Positions 38,686 to 50,914 of a stretch of 64,000 nucleotides of DNA are shown here, piece by piece. Origin of the DNA: Eledone cirrhosa (lineage: Eukaryota). The position numbers and the translations under genes were made by a program. The notes beneath the pieces were generated by a model, which was not told the DNA's origin, did not search any database, and worked only from the letters and a program-made list of their open reading frames with translations. Within the stretch, counting starts at the first letter, position 1; each line of letters opens with the position of its first letter. The stretch spans positions 62,001-126,000 of the forward strand of contig CAXHJY010000593.1 of NCBI GenBank assembly GCA_964016885.1, read 5' to 3'.

Positions 38686-40939
38686 TAATCACTAACAGAC
38701 ATATTTATATGCATAATAGCTACTGTGAAACACACTTTACTGCACATACATTTGTCACACACCCACTGTCTATAACAGCTGCTATGATCTGCATTGAGAA
38801 ACTTCTCCACTCTCTTTCTTTAACATCATCATCACCATTATCAGATATATTATTATAAATATTTTATTATTTGTTTGTGTGGCAAGGAGAAGATTTTATC
38901 CTAACAACCAATATCATTATTGCTATCATGATTTTTGTTTGGGGCTGAAATACAGACAGTATCAAACCCAATACCTGGTTTCAAGCACTACACCTACGTA
39001 ACACCGGCCTTTTAAAGCTCTTTGGAGCATTTAAGATATCTGACATTGTGTTTTTGTTTAAATATCATAACTATGGGTGTCACTATGTCAAATGATGGCA
39101 CCTCATCTCATACCATGCATGATTTATATGCATTATATGTCATTATAAATGCAACTGTCTCTTTTGCACACATTGGTGCATATATGCATTTATTCATTTT
39201 TCTTTGTCACACTCTTGTTTATCAAATATTCTTACTGAAAAATTGTGAACATCATCATCATCATCATCGTTTAACGGCCAGTTTCCCTGTTAGCAATGTT
39301 TAGTACATCTAGATAATGGGTCTTACTTAGCCATTTTAGTAGCTGATGTAAAACTACTTCTGTTAACTGTCCATTCACAACCTTTTTTATCTTCAATTAT
39401 TAACTTCTTATCAGCAATATTGAATCTTTACTATTTTATATGTTGCTATATTTCTAACTATAACAATAACCAGATAGTATTAATGTCTTTCTATGGACAG
39501 ACCTAATTCCAACTTACATTTTATTTTGATACTTTTCTTTAGATAATGCAATTTAATCCGGTTGAGTTGTGATGCAAATTATGGCAGTTTTATTGCATTA
39601 GTCCTGCAGATAGAGATGCATTGAGTTGTAAAAAGCAAACAAAATGGTTTAGTGCTACAAATGTTGGTATTTTTCACTTGTTGTACATGGGAAATTATGT
39701 AAATAACTAAAAGGTCATGACATTTCTTAGTACATATCCTTTAGAGCCTTCTTATTGTCAATTTTTGGTGTTTTGAATTAGTTATATTTTCTTCATTTAG
39801 TATTCATGAAGCAGGCATCTGTTCTATCTCTCCATCTGTCTATCTTTATATATATATAAATAATATACATACACTATATATATAATCTTCCTTAACAACC
39901 ATATTGAATTCATTAAAGTATTTTACTATTCTAACATTTGTCTACAACAGCCTGCCTGTAAAATCTTGAAGAGAATAAAAGTTCTTGAATGATACCATTT
40001 TGCTATGCAATGAGGTTAAAGTACTGAAACAAGTGGCACAAGTTCAAAATTTAATATTTTCCTTGTTTTAATCCACTAGTTTCAAAAGCAGATAATACTT
40101 TTGTCCAATCTTCTGGTGAAATTTAACCTTTTCAGTGCCATATTTCTAATAAAATATGTTGCATATGTGTTTCATTTAATTTTGAAAATGCCAAACATTT
40201 AGAAGACTTTTAATTAAGAACGTTTCTTAAGAAGATTTTCTAAAATAAAATTACTGTATATACTTGTGTATATAAGCTGAGAAATATGTGACAAAAAATA
40301 GCTGGTAAATTGGGGGGTGGCTTATATTTGAGGTCAATATTTTGCCAATTTTCACCAACTTCAAAATTGTACATAAATGAGGTGTTGAAATATTTTCGCA
40401 TGGGAGGTGAATATTACACTGGTTTCACTTTGGAGCTGAATATTATACCAGTTTCGCATTTGACGTGAAATTCATATTTCCTATTATTTTCTTTTTATGT
40501 TTTGAATGAATATGGCCTTCAAGATGGTCGGAAAGTGGTATAAAAAATTGTTGCATTTATGGAGTTGTGAAACAAAAACTAAAAAATTATATAAAATGAT
40601 ATAAGGATAAACATTTGAAAATGAACATTTTTGGTTTCAGGCAGTTTGGTATCAAAAAGGTTGATAATTGAAAAATGGATGTAAAATGACAACAACGATC
40701 CCTCTAATACTATACTTATATGCAAACATTCACAATTATAAAGAACTCAGTGCTGGACTCGGAGTAAAAAGAATTAATAATTTAAATTGGGTCAGTGAAA
40801 CAATACTAGATTATGACTAAGTATAGTTTCATCTGGCAAATTTTCAAAATCATAATTTTGAAAATATGCCAGAGAGTTAGTCATAATTTAGAATTGTTTC
40901 TTTTAGTGTGGAAAATGGCCGTTAAGCGATGATGATGGT

Positions 40940-40988
<49 letters not shown>

Positions 40989-41042
40989 GTATGTGTGTGT
41001 ATGTGTATATATATGTGTGTGTATATATACACACACATATAT

Positions 41043-41082
<40 letters not shown>

Positions 41083-41201
41083 CCATCATATGCAAGTTGA
41101 AGATCATCTTCTATTGCAATTCCACAGCAAACTATGACTGCCCAGCCATGTCCATCACAGGCAACACATACACACTCTCTCTGCTTCCCTCCCTCTCTCT
41201 C

Positions 41202-41232
<31 letters not shown>

Positions 41233-41676
41233 CACTGAAACTCACAGAGGAGATGATGAAAGAATGCAACGAGTTAAGAAAAGCTGTGCTAAGAAGGACC
41301 TGCCCAACCTGTGTGGAAAAACAGACGTAAAAATAATGATGATGATATATCCATCCAAAATAGAGAGCGAACAAGACAACGGAAAAATGGACAGTCACCT
41401 CTGATCAGTCAACTTCTGGAAATCATTACAGTTTCTGTGCATCAATGTTATACTATTCATTCCAGTGGACATTGGAATGCAACAAAACAGGTAGCGACTG
41501 AGTTGTACTTTTCAGTGAATTACACAAATAAAGATAAAAAAAAAGATGCCTGAAAACAAAGTGCATCAACTGAAAAGGAAAGGCAAAAAATAGAAAATAT
41601 AAATGATGCATGGTAGCTTAGCCAAAGGAGAGAAATGAAAAAGAACAGTCCCCAAAATATACAACTATATGAATGG

Positions 41677-42639
41677 TTTCTTTTTTGTTGTTCTTCTTCT
41701 TCTTCGCCCACTTATTCCTGAGAGGGTCATGGGGGCAGAGTCCTCAAATACTTCTTCCAGTGGGTCCTGTCTGATGCAAGCATCTCCAACTGATCTGGCT
41801 GGATCCTCAAGCGTGACCAACCAAACTCATGGATGTTATCCAACCATCTTGCTCGGGGTCTACCCCTGGGTTTCTTGTCGGTTGGTTTTGCTCATAAAAT
41901 CTGACCAGCAATTCTTTCCTGAGACATTCTAACCACATGCCCATAATTATCAGAGCTGTGATGTTTCAATTCAGAGAAGAAGCGACTCTACTTAGAGTGA
42001 TCTCTGATTTCCAAGCTACGCCCTTTATCAAGTAATGTCACTCCAAAGACCCTTCGGAGGAGTCCCATTTCAGCTGCTTGTATTCGCAGTAAGGGTTGGC
42101 AAGAAAACCGAATTGGAGACAGTGAAAGACCATTCAATGTGGGAGTTAAATTCCGTCAAGAGTGCATACTGCCACCTCTCCTGTTCAGTATTTACATGAA
42201 CAGGATTGACATGCGCAGCTGGGTTGGAAATGGTGTCATGACTGGCAGATGTAAAATCAGTCGACTGGAATTTGCAGACGACATGGTGTTACTTAATTCA
42301 ATAGAAGATGATCTTCAACTTGCACTTGATAGGTTTGATGCCGAGTGCTGCATGGCTGAAATGAAAATCAGTGCTGCAAAAACTGAGACACTCATGCTCT
42401 CAAGGAAGCATGCATAGTGCACGCTACATGTGAATGGAGTTCCACTGAAGAAGGTATAGAAGTGCAAGTATCTCGGGGCTGTGTTCACAAGTGATGAACG
42501 GCAGGAGGCTGAATTAAGTGCAAGAATTGCAAAAGCTGGTGCAGTAATGCACCAGCTTCAGCATTCAGTGATCAGAAGAAGGGAGGTAGGCGTAAAAGCT
42601 AAACTCACTATCTTCAATTCGATTTTCTTTTTTGTTGTT
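41677..42639 (-). mobile_element. RTE family D insertion with 5' inversion and 16-bp TSD
   Basis: 3' part on minus strand (41693-42088, RIQAAEMG to (GAA)n); RT part on plus strand (42089-42623, RQECILPPLLF, FADD, KYLG, KLTIFNSIF); TSD tttcttttttgttgtt at 41677-41692 and 42624-42639. Confidence 0.9.
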
Positions 42640-42837
42640 ATTTTAAAGTATTCCATCATTATTATATATGAAATCAATATTATTATCTTGTTATTTACTA
42701 TGTCTAGTTTTCTTTTTATTTTATTTTATTTATTTATTGGTACCTTTCCCCATAGACAGTCCCATTTGAAATTTGATTATCTCTGTTATGAGAACTGTAG
42801 ATGTCAAATAACCAATTTGATTCAGTGGTCATTTGAC

Positions 42838-43008
42838 TGTATAGGTAGAGAATCGGACACCATGCTTTCCAACATAGAGTTACGTCCCTTTACGGTTTGA
42901 GTTCAAATCCTGCTGAGGTTAACTTTGCCGTTCATCCTTACGGGGTCAATAAAATAAATACACTGGGATAATTTCTGGCCTTGTGCCAAAAGTAGAAACA
43001 ATTATTAG
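42838..43008 (+). mobile_element. SINE S2
   Basis: Matches 15165-15360. Confidence 0.85.
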
Positions 43009-43147
43009 ATCATATTGCAGCTACATCTTTTGGTTAGAGTTCTTAAATTCTAAATAACCTGAGTTCAAGTTAGCTGAAAAATAAACTAGCATCTTACTCA
43101 GGGGAAGCCTTTTTCTCACATCTGTTTAGCACTACAGAAATTCTATG

Positions 43148-43383
43148 TTAACCTTTTCATGATTTCATTTCTAATGAAATACACTTTATTTCAATTAATT
43201 GATGAAGAATGTTGAGGGATTTACTAAAATTATTATTTCATTACTAAGATAGTAATTTAATGTAAGGTTCTTATATAAAACTATGTTGGAAGATTTAAAT
43301 TTAAATTGGAAACCTTTAAAATGGGTGGCTTTATTTCATAGAACCAGAGCCAGTTTTGCCCAGGTTAGTAGCAAAAGAGTTAA
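43148..43383 (-). mobile_element. MITE M1
   Basis: TTAAcctttt...aaaagagTTAA. Confidence 0.8.
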
Positions 43384-43825
43384 ACTTTATATTTCATGGC
43401 TCTAGTGGAATTCCAACAGCTGCATATATCTTTGTATATCACTGATCTTCTTCAATGAACAGAAAGATGTGTATTTTTGTCTTTTACATTCAATTCTCTT
43501 GTTAGCATGAGTTGTGTGGTGTGGCATGGTGTTTCAAGCTTAGTAAAAAACAATTGCATTCTTAAGTGAGATGCCTTTTCCCACTTTTAACTACTCAACT
43601 GTTTAGTAAGAGTGAAACTTGTTTATCAACTAGGCAAACAAATTATTTCCCTGAGGTACATCATCGTAATATGAGAGAGCTTTAATACAGTTGCTTAAGT
43701 TGCTAGAAATAATAACAGAATTCCCTCAGATGATACCGTGCCATTTAAAAACAAGGACACATTGGACAATGTCGTCTTAGATATACAAAAAAGAAAAAGA
43801 TGAGATAGAAAAGGCTGGAATACCT

Positions 43826-44066
43826 TTAACTCTTTCATGACTGCATTTCTAATTAAATACACTCTATTCTAATTAATTAATGAAGAATTTTGAGGGATTT
43901 ACTAAAATTATTAAATATTTTATTACTAAGATAGTAAAATAATGTAAGGTTCTTATATAAAATTATGTTGGAAGATTTTAATTTAAATGGGAAACCTTTA
44001 GAATGGGTTGATTTTATTTCATAGAACCAGAGCTGGTTTTGACCAGGCTGGTAACTAAAAGGTTAA
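43826..44066 (-). mobile_element. MITE M1 inserted at TTAA within an older repeat
   Basis: TTAA at both ends; flanks rejoin as ctggaatacct..tcataggtc, as in the repeat at ~26090-26150. Confidence 0.8.
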
Positions 44067-44222
44067 TTCATAGGTCAGTTTAATCAGAGCTGATTGGGGT
44101 TTGCAGCAACAACTGTTATCAAAGGTGTTTTCTTTTTTTTTTTTGTGGGATAGAAATAGTGAAGAATTCAGAAAGCCCTAACATTTTGTACACCTCCAAT
44201 TGCCCTTGACACAACTGAAAAG

Positions 44223-44261
<39 letters not shown>

Positions 44262-44262
44262 A

Positions 44263-44473
44263 TTAAGGTCTTTCTTGATTATATATGATTACAACTGTTT
44301 CACAGATGGGTGGCTCAGGATCTATATTAATGCTATAGACACGACTCCAGCATGCTCTTCATGCTTGTTAATCAAACAAAGCTAAAATCTCATCAATGGT
44401 GTTGGGTCTATAGCATTTATATAGATCCATCTGTGAAACGATCGTAACTATGTATGATCAATAAGGACCTTAA
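44263..44473. repeat. imperfect fold-back between (TA)n tracts with a hammerhead 3' half
   Basis: ttaaggtc...gtttcacagatgg...gctatagac / gtctatagc...ccatctgtGAAACGATCGTA...gaccttaa. Confidence 0.7.
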
Positions 44474-44601
44474 AGTGAAACGTTGCTTTGTTTTCAATAT
44501 ATACACTCTGCTCTAACATAGAGTGCTGATTTTGGTAAACCTCAGTAAACCATGAATCTACTGAATCACCTAACATATATATATATTTATATATATATAT
44601 T

Positions 44602-44632
<31 letters not shown>

Positions 44633-44783
44633 ATACTTTGGGAGGGTCATGTTGCCAATAAGAAACACACGCACCAGTTGCTTTCACTTCAATTTAATTT
44701 ATTAAATATTTATAAATTTATAAATTTATAAATTTCTGGTTGGTTGGTTGGTTCCACAACCAGATAGTTGTTTATATATATAT

Positions 44784-44828
44784 AGTCATAGTTCTTTCGT
44801 CACACACTCTGTGACCTCTTCAGTGACT
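44784..44828 (-). ncRNA. mirror hammerhead in the left arm
   Basis: Reverse complement of 46178-46222. Confidence 0.75.
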
Positions 44829-45097
44829 GGGGATTTCTTTCTTCGTTTCTGTGCCTTTCCTTTCTTCTATCCTACGCCATTTTGTTTGTGTGTGGGTTGC
44901 GTGCTCAGTTTGCGCATGCGCCACATCCGGGTGTCTGTGTGTGTTTGTGTTCATTTTTCTATTTTTTTATTTGTTTGTTTATTTATTTATTTATTGTTGG
45001 TTGGTTGTTTGTTCTATGTGTGTGTGTGTTTTCATTTTGTGTGTGTTTTCAATTGTAAGTTGTTTGTTCGATGTGTGTGTGTGTTTTCATTTTGTCC

Positions 45098-45479
45098 TTA
45101 ATTGTAAGTTGTGATGTTGCTGTTCCACTCATATTTTCTATTTAATTTTGGTTTTAATTCTTTTATGCTTACTGCCTCTGTAATTTGCCTAAACATTGCG
45201 TCTTTCTTGTGTGTGGATTCTATTTTTATTTCTATGCTCTCTAATTTACCCCTGTGTTCTATCTTAGCATGTTGGTAGAGCACAGATGATTCTTTATTAT
45301 CTTGGAGGTCTCGCCAGTGTTCATTTATTCGTTCCCCTATACTACGAGCTGTCTCACCTATGTACACTACATTTTTGTTTCTACATTGTCCTTCAGTACA
45401 TCTTATGCTATATACTACATTTCTAGTTTTACAGTTAATATGGGGGCTTATTTTACAGGTTATACATTTCTTATCTATA
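45098..45479 (-). pseudogene. mirror copy of the GIY-YIG domain in the left arm
   Basis: Identical translation from IDKKCITCK to the stop. Confidence 0.9.
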
Positions 45480-45480
45480 G

Positions 45481-45893
45481 CAAGACATACCCGTTCCAAA
45501 AGACCCTCATGTATAGATAAGAAATGTATAACCTGTAAAATAAGCCCCCATATTAACTGTAAAACTAGAAATGTAGTATATAGCATAAGATGTACTGAAG
45601 GACAATGTAGAAACAAAAATGTAGTGTACATAGGTGAGACAGCTCGTAGTATAGGGGAACGAATAAATGAACACTGGCGAGACCTCCAAGATAATAAAGA
45701 ATCATCTGTGCTCTACCAACATGCTAAGATAGAACACAGGGGTAAATTAGAGAGCATAGAAATAAAAATAGAATCCACACACAAGAAAGACGCAATGTTT
45801 AGGCAAATTACAGAGGCAGTAAGCATAAAAGAATTAAAACCAAAATTAAATAGAAAATATGAGTGGAACAGCAACATCACAACTTACAATTAA
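45481..45893 (+). pseudogene. Penelope-type GIY-YIG endonuclease domain (5'-truncated; no RT)
   Basis: C..KKCITC..NC..RNVVYSIRC...VYIGETARSIGERINEH...S.LYQH...H...RQITEA..I....P.LNRKYEW*. The N-terminal ~40 aa of the listed 45360 ORF are antisense of the other arm. Confidence 0.9.
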
Positions 45894-46177
45894 GGACAAA
45901 ATGAAAACACACACACACATCGAACAAACAACTTACAATTGAAAACACACACAAAATGAAAACACACACACACATAGAACAAACAACCAACCAACAATAA
46001 ATAAATAAATAAACAAACAAATAAAAAAAATATAAATAGAAAAATAGAAAAATGAACACAAACACACACAGACACCCGGATGTGGCGCATGCGCAAACTG
46101 AGCACGCAACCCACACACAAACAAAATGGCGTAGGATAGAAGAAAGGAAAGGCACAGAAACGAAGAAAGAAATCCCC

Positions 46178-46222
46178 AGTCACTGAAGAGGTCACAGAGT
46201 GTGTGACGAAAGAACTATGACT
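46178..46222 (+). ncRNA. minimal type-I hammerhead ribozyme (Penelope pLTR)
   Basis: Stem I agtca/tgact; CTGAAGA(G); stem II gtcaca/tgtgac; GAAA; 1-bp stem III G(aa)C; CUA triplet, predicted cleavage after 46217. Confidence 0.75.
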
Positions 46223-46435
46223 ATATATATATAAACAACTATCTGGTTGTGGAACCAACCAACCAACCAGAAATTTATAAATTTGTAAATTTATAAATAT
46301 TTAATAAATTAAATTGAAGTGAAAGCAACTGGTGCGTGTGTTTCTTATTGGCAACATGACCCTCCCAAAGTATAACAATATCGGTTTCAACACACGATTT
46401 CAGATAAAGAATCTTGCTAAACAAATTCAGAAACG

Positions 46436-46510
<75 letters not shown>

Positions 46511-46731
46511 AAGGTCAACAGTTGACATGATAGTGATTTTGACGATTTTGACTTTGATTTTGATTTTGTATCAGTACTGTCGGTAATATATGTATATATA
46601 TATGTGTTTGTGAGTGGTGTGCGTGATTGTATGCATGAATGAGTGTTGGTATGTGTGGTTGTGGTTTGTATGCATGAGTATTAGTGTGTGAGTCGTGTCA
46701 ATAAGTTTTTTTTTTTTTTTTTTTTTTTTTT

Positions 46732-49700
46732 AATGACCATGCTGTAAAATGGAGGGGTAGAGAGGGCCCTTGAGTCTAGTAAGACATCCTCTCTAGTGCT
46801 GGTGGCACAAATAAAAGCACCCAGTCCATGCTGTAAAGTGGCGCTGGTGTTAGGAAGGGCATCCAATCAATGCCAAAAAGCTTATCAGCACAGCAACAAA
46901 ACAGCATAGAAAAATATGAAGACGTCGCATCTCAGAGTTGCAACACTTAATGTTGGCACTCTTAGAGGTAGATCTGCTGAAATAGCGGAGATGCTGGAGA
47001 GAAGGCAGGTGGATGTGTGCTGCGTGCAAGAGGTGAGATGGAGGGGTGCCTCTGCGAGACTAGTCGTAGGCAAGCGTCTTAGCTATAAGCTATTCTGGGT
47101 AGGTAAGGATGATGGGTTAGGGGGAGTAGGCATTTTCCTGGCTGAGAAATGGATCAATAAGACAATAGAGGTAGTTCGAGTTAGTAATCGAATAATTAAG
47201 CTTAGATTAGTTGTAGGTAGGAGACTACTGACAATCATCTCGGTCTATGCTCCCCAAGCAGGCCTAGGCAAAGATGAGAAAGACTGCTTTTATGAGCAAC
47301 TTTTGCAAACAACCACAATGACAGAGGACGGAGACATTGTTATGCTAGCAGGAGACTTCAATGGTCATGTTGGACAGCTCCAGGATGGTTACACTGGGGT
47401 ACATGGTGGGCACGGTTACAGTTCAAGAAATGAAGAAAGAGTGAGACTTCTTGAATTTTGTGATGCAAGTACATTGACTATTTGCAACACAAACTTCCAG
47501 AAACCTGCCAATCACCTAATAACCTACAAATCTGGTGAGCACATAAGCCAGATTGACTTCCTGCTAGTTAGGCAGCGGGACAGGCAGATAGTGTATAATA
47601 CCAAGGCATACCCTGGGGAAGAATGTACCCCACAGCATAGGTTAGTTGTTAGTGATATCTCAGTAAGCAAGAGATGGAATGAGACATATAGGAAGGTGTG
47701 GAGAAGAAAGGTCTGGAAGCTAAAAGACCTTTCACTAAAATTCAAATTTAGGAAAGCCCTTCAAGATGTATATGACGAAAAAGAAGACGATTTAGAGACG
47801 TATGACATAGATAATAACTGGAAGTTCTTACGTGACAACTTGCTGAAGGCTACTGATGAAACCTGTGGCTGGAGCAGAGCTCCAACCAGACAGAGAGTGA
47901 CCTGGTGGTGGAACAGCAGTGTAGATAAGGCTATTAGAGACAAAAGACTAGCATGGAAGGCTTGGAATAAGGGTGGGAGTAGGGAAGAATATACAGCCAC
48001 TAAGAGAGAAGCTAGACGTCAGGTGTACTTAGCACGCAGGGAGGCAGAGAGTAGGAGGTTTGCCAATGTTCTGCGACGGGAAGATCAGAGGCGTGCGGTG
48101 TTCCACATTGCAAGGCAGTGTGTCAATGCAAATCAGGATGTTGTTGGTGATAAATGTGTCCGGGATGATGCCGGTGTACTTAGTGTCACGAATGACCAGA
48201 AAAAGGAGGCCTGGAAATGTCATTATGAGTGACTGATGAATGTGGAGAACGAATGGGAGAGAGAGAAATTACCCTTGGTAGATCCGACAGAGGGACCAGC
48301 TATTGAGATTGACGAATATAGGGTCCAAGAGGCGATTAGGGAAATGAAAAATGGTAAGGCGGCCGGACCATCGGGAATAGTTGCTGAGATGCTGAAGGCA
48401 TCAGGGGACGTAGGCACTAAACTGGTTGCACGCATAATCAATCAGGCTATATATGGTGGTGTCATACCCAAAGACTGGTGCAGCAGTATTCTCATAAATT
48501 GCTACAAAGGTAAAGGGGATGCTTTGGAGAGGAGCAATTATAGGGGTATAAAACTGATAGATCAGGTTATGAAAGTGGCAGAAAGGATTTTAGCACAACT
48601 AATTAGAGAAAGGGTCAAACTAGATGAGATGCAGTTTGGTTTTGTGCCTGGGAAGAGTACAACAGATGCCCTCTTCTTGGTGAGACAAATGCAAGAGAGG
48701 TTCTTAGAGAAGAATAAGCCACTATACTTAGCCTTTGTTGACCTAGAGAAGGCCTTTGATAGGGTACCCCGATCTGTCATCTGGTGGTCCCTAAGGAAGC
48801 TGGGTGTTGAGGAATGGCTTGTAAGGACAGTGCAAACTTTGTACAGAGGTACTCTCAGTAAAGTCAGGGTAGGAATGGAGTTTAGTGAGGAATTCCAGAT
48901 ACAAGTAGGAGTACATCAGGGTTCGGTCCTCAGCCCGCTCTTGTTCATTATAGTCCTCCAAGCCATAACAGAGGAGTTTAAGACTGGCTGTCCATGGGAA
49001 CTTCTCTATGCTGACGATCTGGCTCTTATGGCAGAATCAGTAGAGGAGCTAGAGAATAAATTCCGGCTATGGAAACAGCAGTTGGAAGCAAGAGGACTGA
49101 GAGTAAATCTAGCTAAGACAAAAGTGTTGATGAGTAGAAAAGAGGACAAAACCCTGATTCCGTCAGGGAAATGGCCATGTTCGATATGCAGAAAAGGAAC
49201 TGGCATAAATTCTATAAAATGCACACAATGTAGGTCCTGGGTACACAAGAGATGTAGCGGGATAGCAGGCAAACTAACAGGTAGGGAGAAATATGTATGC
49301 AGTAGATGTACAGGGAAATTAGACAGTAGAAGTCGCACTGATAGACACATTTTTCAAATGCGAGAGGGCGCTATAGAAGTGGTGGATAGCTTCCGGTACC
49401 TAGGAGATCAGATTAGCATGGGAGGAGGGTGTTCCGAGGCCATAGTATCTAGAATAAGGACGGGTTGGAAGAAGTTTAGGGAGCTGCTTCCTCTGTTGAC
49501 GAAGAAGGGTTTCTCCCTGCGTACGAAAGGCCGGTTGTATGATGCCTGTGTGAGGAGCGCGATGCTGCATGGTAGTGAGACATGGGCAGCTACCGCAGAA
49601 GATATGCGACGGCTGGAGAGAAATGAGGCAAGCATGCTCCGTTGGATGTGCATTGTAAATGTGCGTGAACGACCCAGCATAAATGTGTTGAGAGAGAAAC

Positions 49701-50011
49701 TGTGTCTGAGAGGGATAGAATGTAGTGTACGGGAGAGGAGACTGAGGTGGTATGGACATGTGATGCGCATGGAGGATGACCGATGGGTGAAGAAGTGCCA
49801 GGAAATGCCAGTTGAAGGAAGACGTGGTAGAGGTAGACCACGAAAAACATGGGCGGAGGTGGTGAGAACAGACCTCAGATCATTGAAGCTCACGGTGGAG
49901 ATGACGAGGGACCGTGACGAGTGGAGAGATGCTGTGCTGAATAAGACCCGTCCCACCCTTGCAAGCAGGGAAAAGCGGACGTAAAATGATGATGATGATG
50001 ATGATGATGAT
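46732..50011 (+). mobile_element. near full-length RTE-clade LINE (subfamily A)
   Basis: ~185-bp 5'UTR, single ORF with APE EN and RT, stop codon directly abutting a (GAT)n tail. Confidence 0.95.
46916..49984 (+). pseudogene. RTE polyprotein (AP endonuclease, reverse transcriptase, PHD-like finger), ~1022 codons with one in-frame TGA at 48230-48232
   Basis: ATLNV, VQEVRW, GDFNGHVG, QIDF, QHRLV; KAAGPSG, NYRGI, QFGF, DLEKAFDRV, GVHQGSVLSP, YADD, FRYLG. ORFs 46916-48232 and 48236-49984 are in the same frame. Confidence 0.95.
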
Positions 50012-50868
50012 AGTTCCACAGGAATTACTAAACCATACTTGACAACACGTTTTTCACCTAAAAAGGATTTTCAACTGATAAGATGAAAATCCTTTTCAGA
50101 TGAAACACGTGTTTTCAAGTTTAGTTATATATCTTATATATATATATACACACACACACATATAGAGAGAAAGAGAGAGAGACAGAGTTTTATTGTGGTA
50201 ACTAATTGATGCTTTTAGGTTCTTTCATAAAAAGTTGTCTATGTGTATTATGTATGTTTGGTTGTGTATTTATGTATTGTGTGACGAAGGGAGTGTACCT
50301 ACATTTAGGTATCTTAAGGAATGTATTTTCAGACATGTCTATATACCAAGGTTTTGGAGTAGTTTGTGTGTACATATGTGTATGTTTAGTTTCTAATGGT
50401 GTTAAGAGAGAGAAAGTGTGTTTTTTAATGAATGTGAGAAAAAATATGGAAGAAACAAGTGAGCATTTTGCTGTTTTGTTCAGTGTTTACTTGAATATTT
50501 TTCAATAATGAATCTAAATAATTTTATCATAAGTTTATTTATTACATTTCCATAACACATAAAATAAAATATGACACCAGAGTATTGATGTTGATGATAC
50601 TACTAATAATAATATAAATGTGTGTAGCAATATATGTTGTTTTAATCTTGGAGGTAAATTTATGAGAAATCTGATGTTTTCATGAGTCATGAACACATTT
50701 TGAGTATTTTTTTTAGAGAAAAGACATTACACAAAAATAACACACGTACTATCTTCCTCCACCCCATCGAAATATGCTCGCCTTTGTTTTTCAAAGAAAA
50801 TTATTTTAGTTCATTTCTTAGTTCATGTTACCACTGTTTTAAAATCCAATGTTTTGTTCATCTTCTTT

Positions 50869-50914
<46 letters not shown>

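Larger units (their letters stand above)
44625..46381. mobile_element. Penelope-like element 3' end in inverted duplication (855/870-bp arms, 32-bp spacer), within (TA)n
   Basis: 44625-45479 is the reverse complement of 45512-46381 apart from a 15-nt indel and at least one substitution; contains GIY-YIG coding sequence and hammerheads. Confidence 0.95.

Noticed and set aside
44748-45114. Hydrophobic ORFs and their mirrors at 45877-46258
   Set aside because: Antisense reading of the low-complexity 3'UTR of the Penelope-like element.
46700-46735. TSD for the full-length RTE
   Set aside because: No convincing direct repeat matching the sequence after the (GAT)n tail.
47524-50019. Several minus-strand ORFs
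   Set aside because: Antisense shadows of the RTE ORF.
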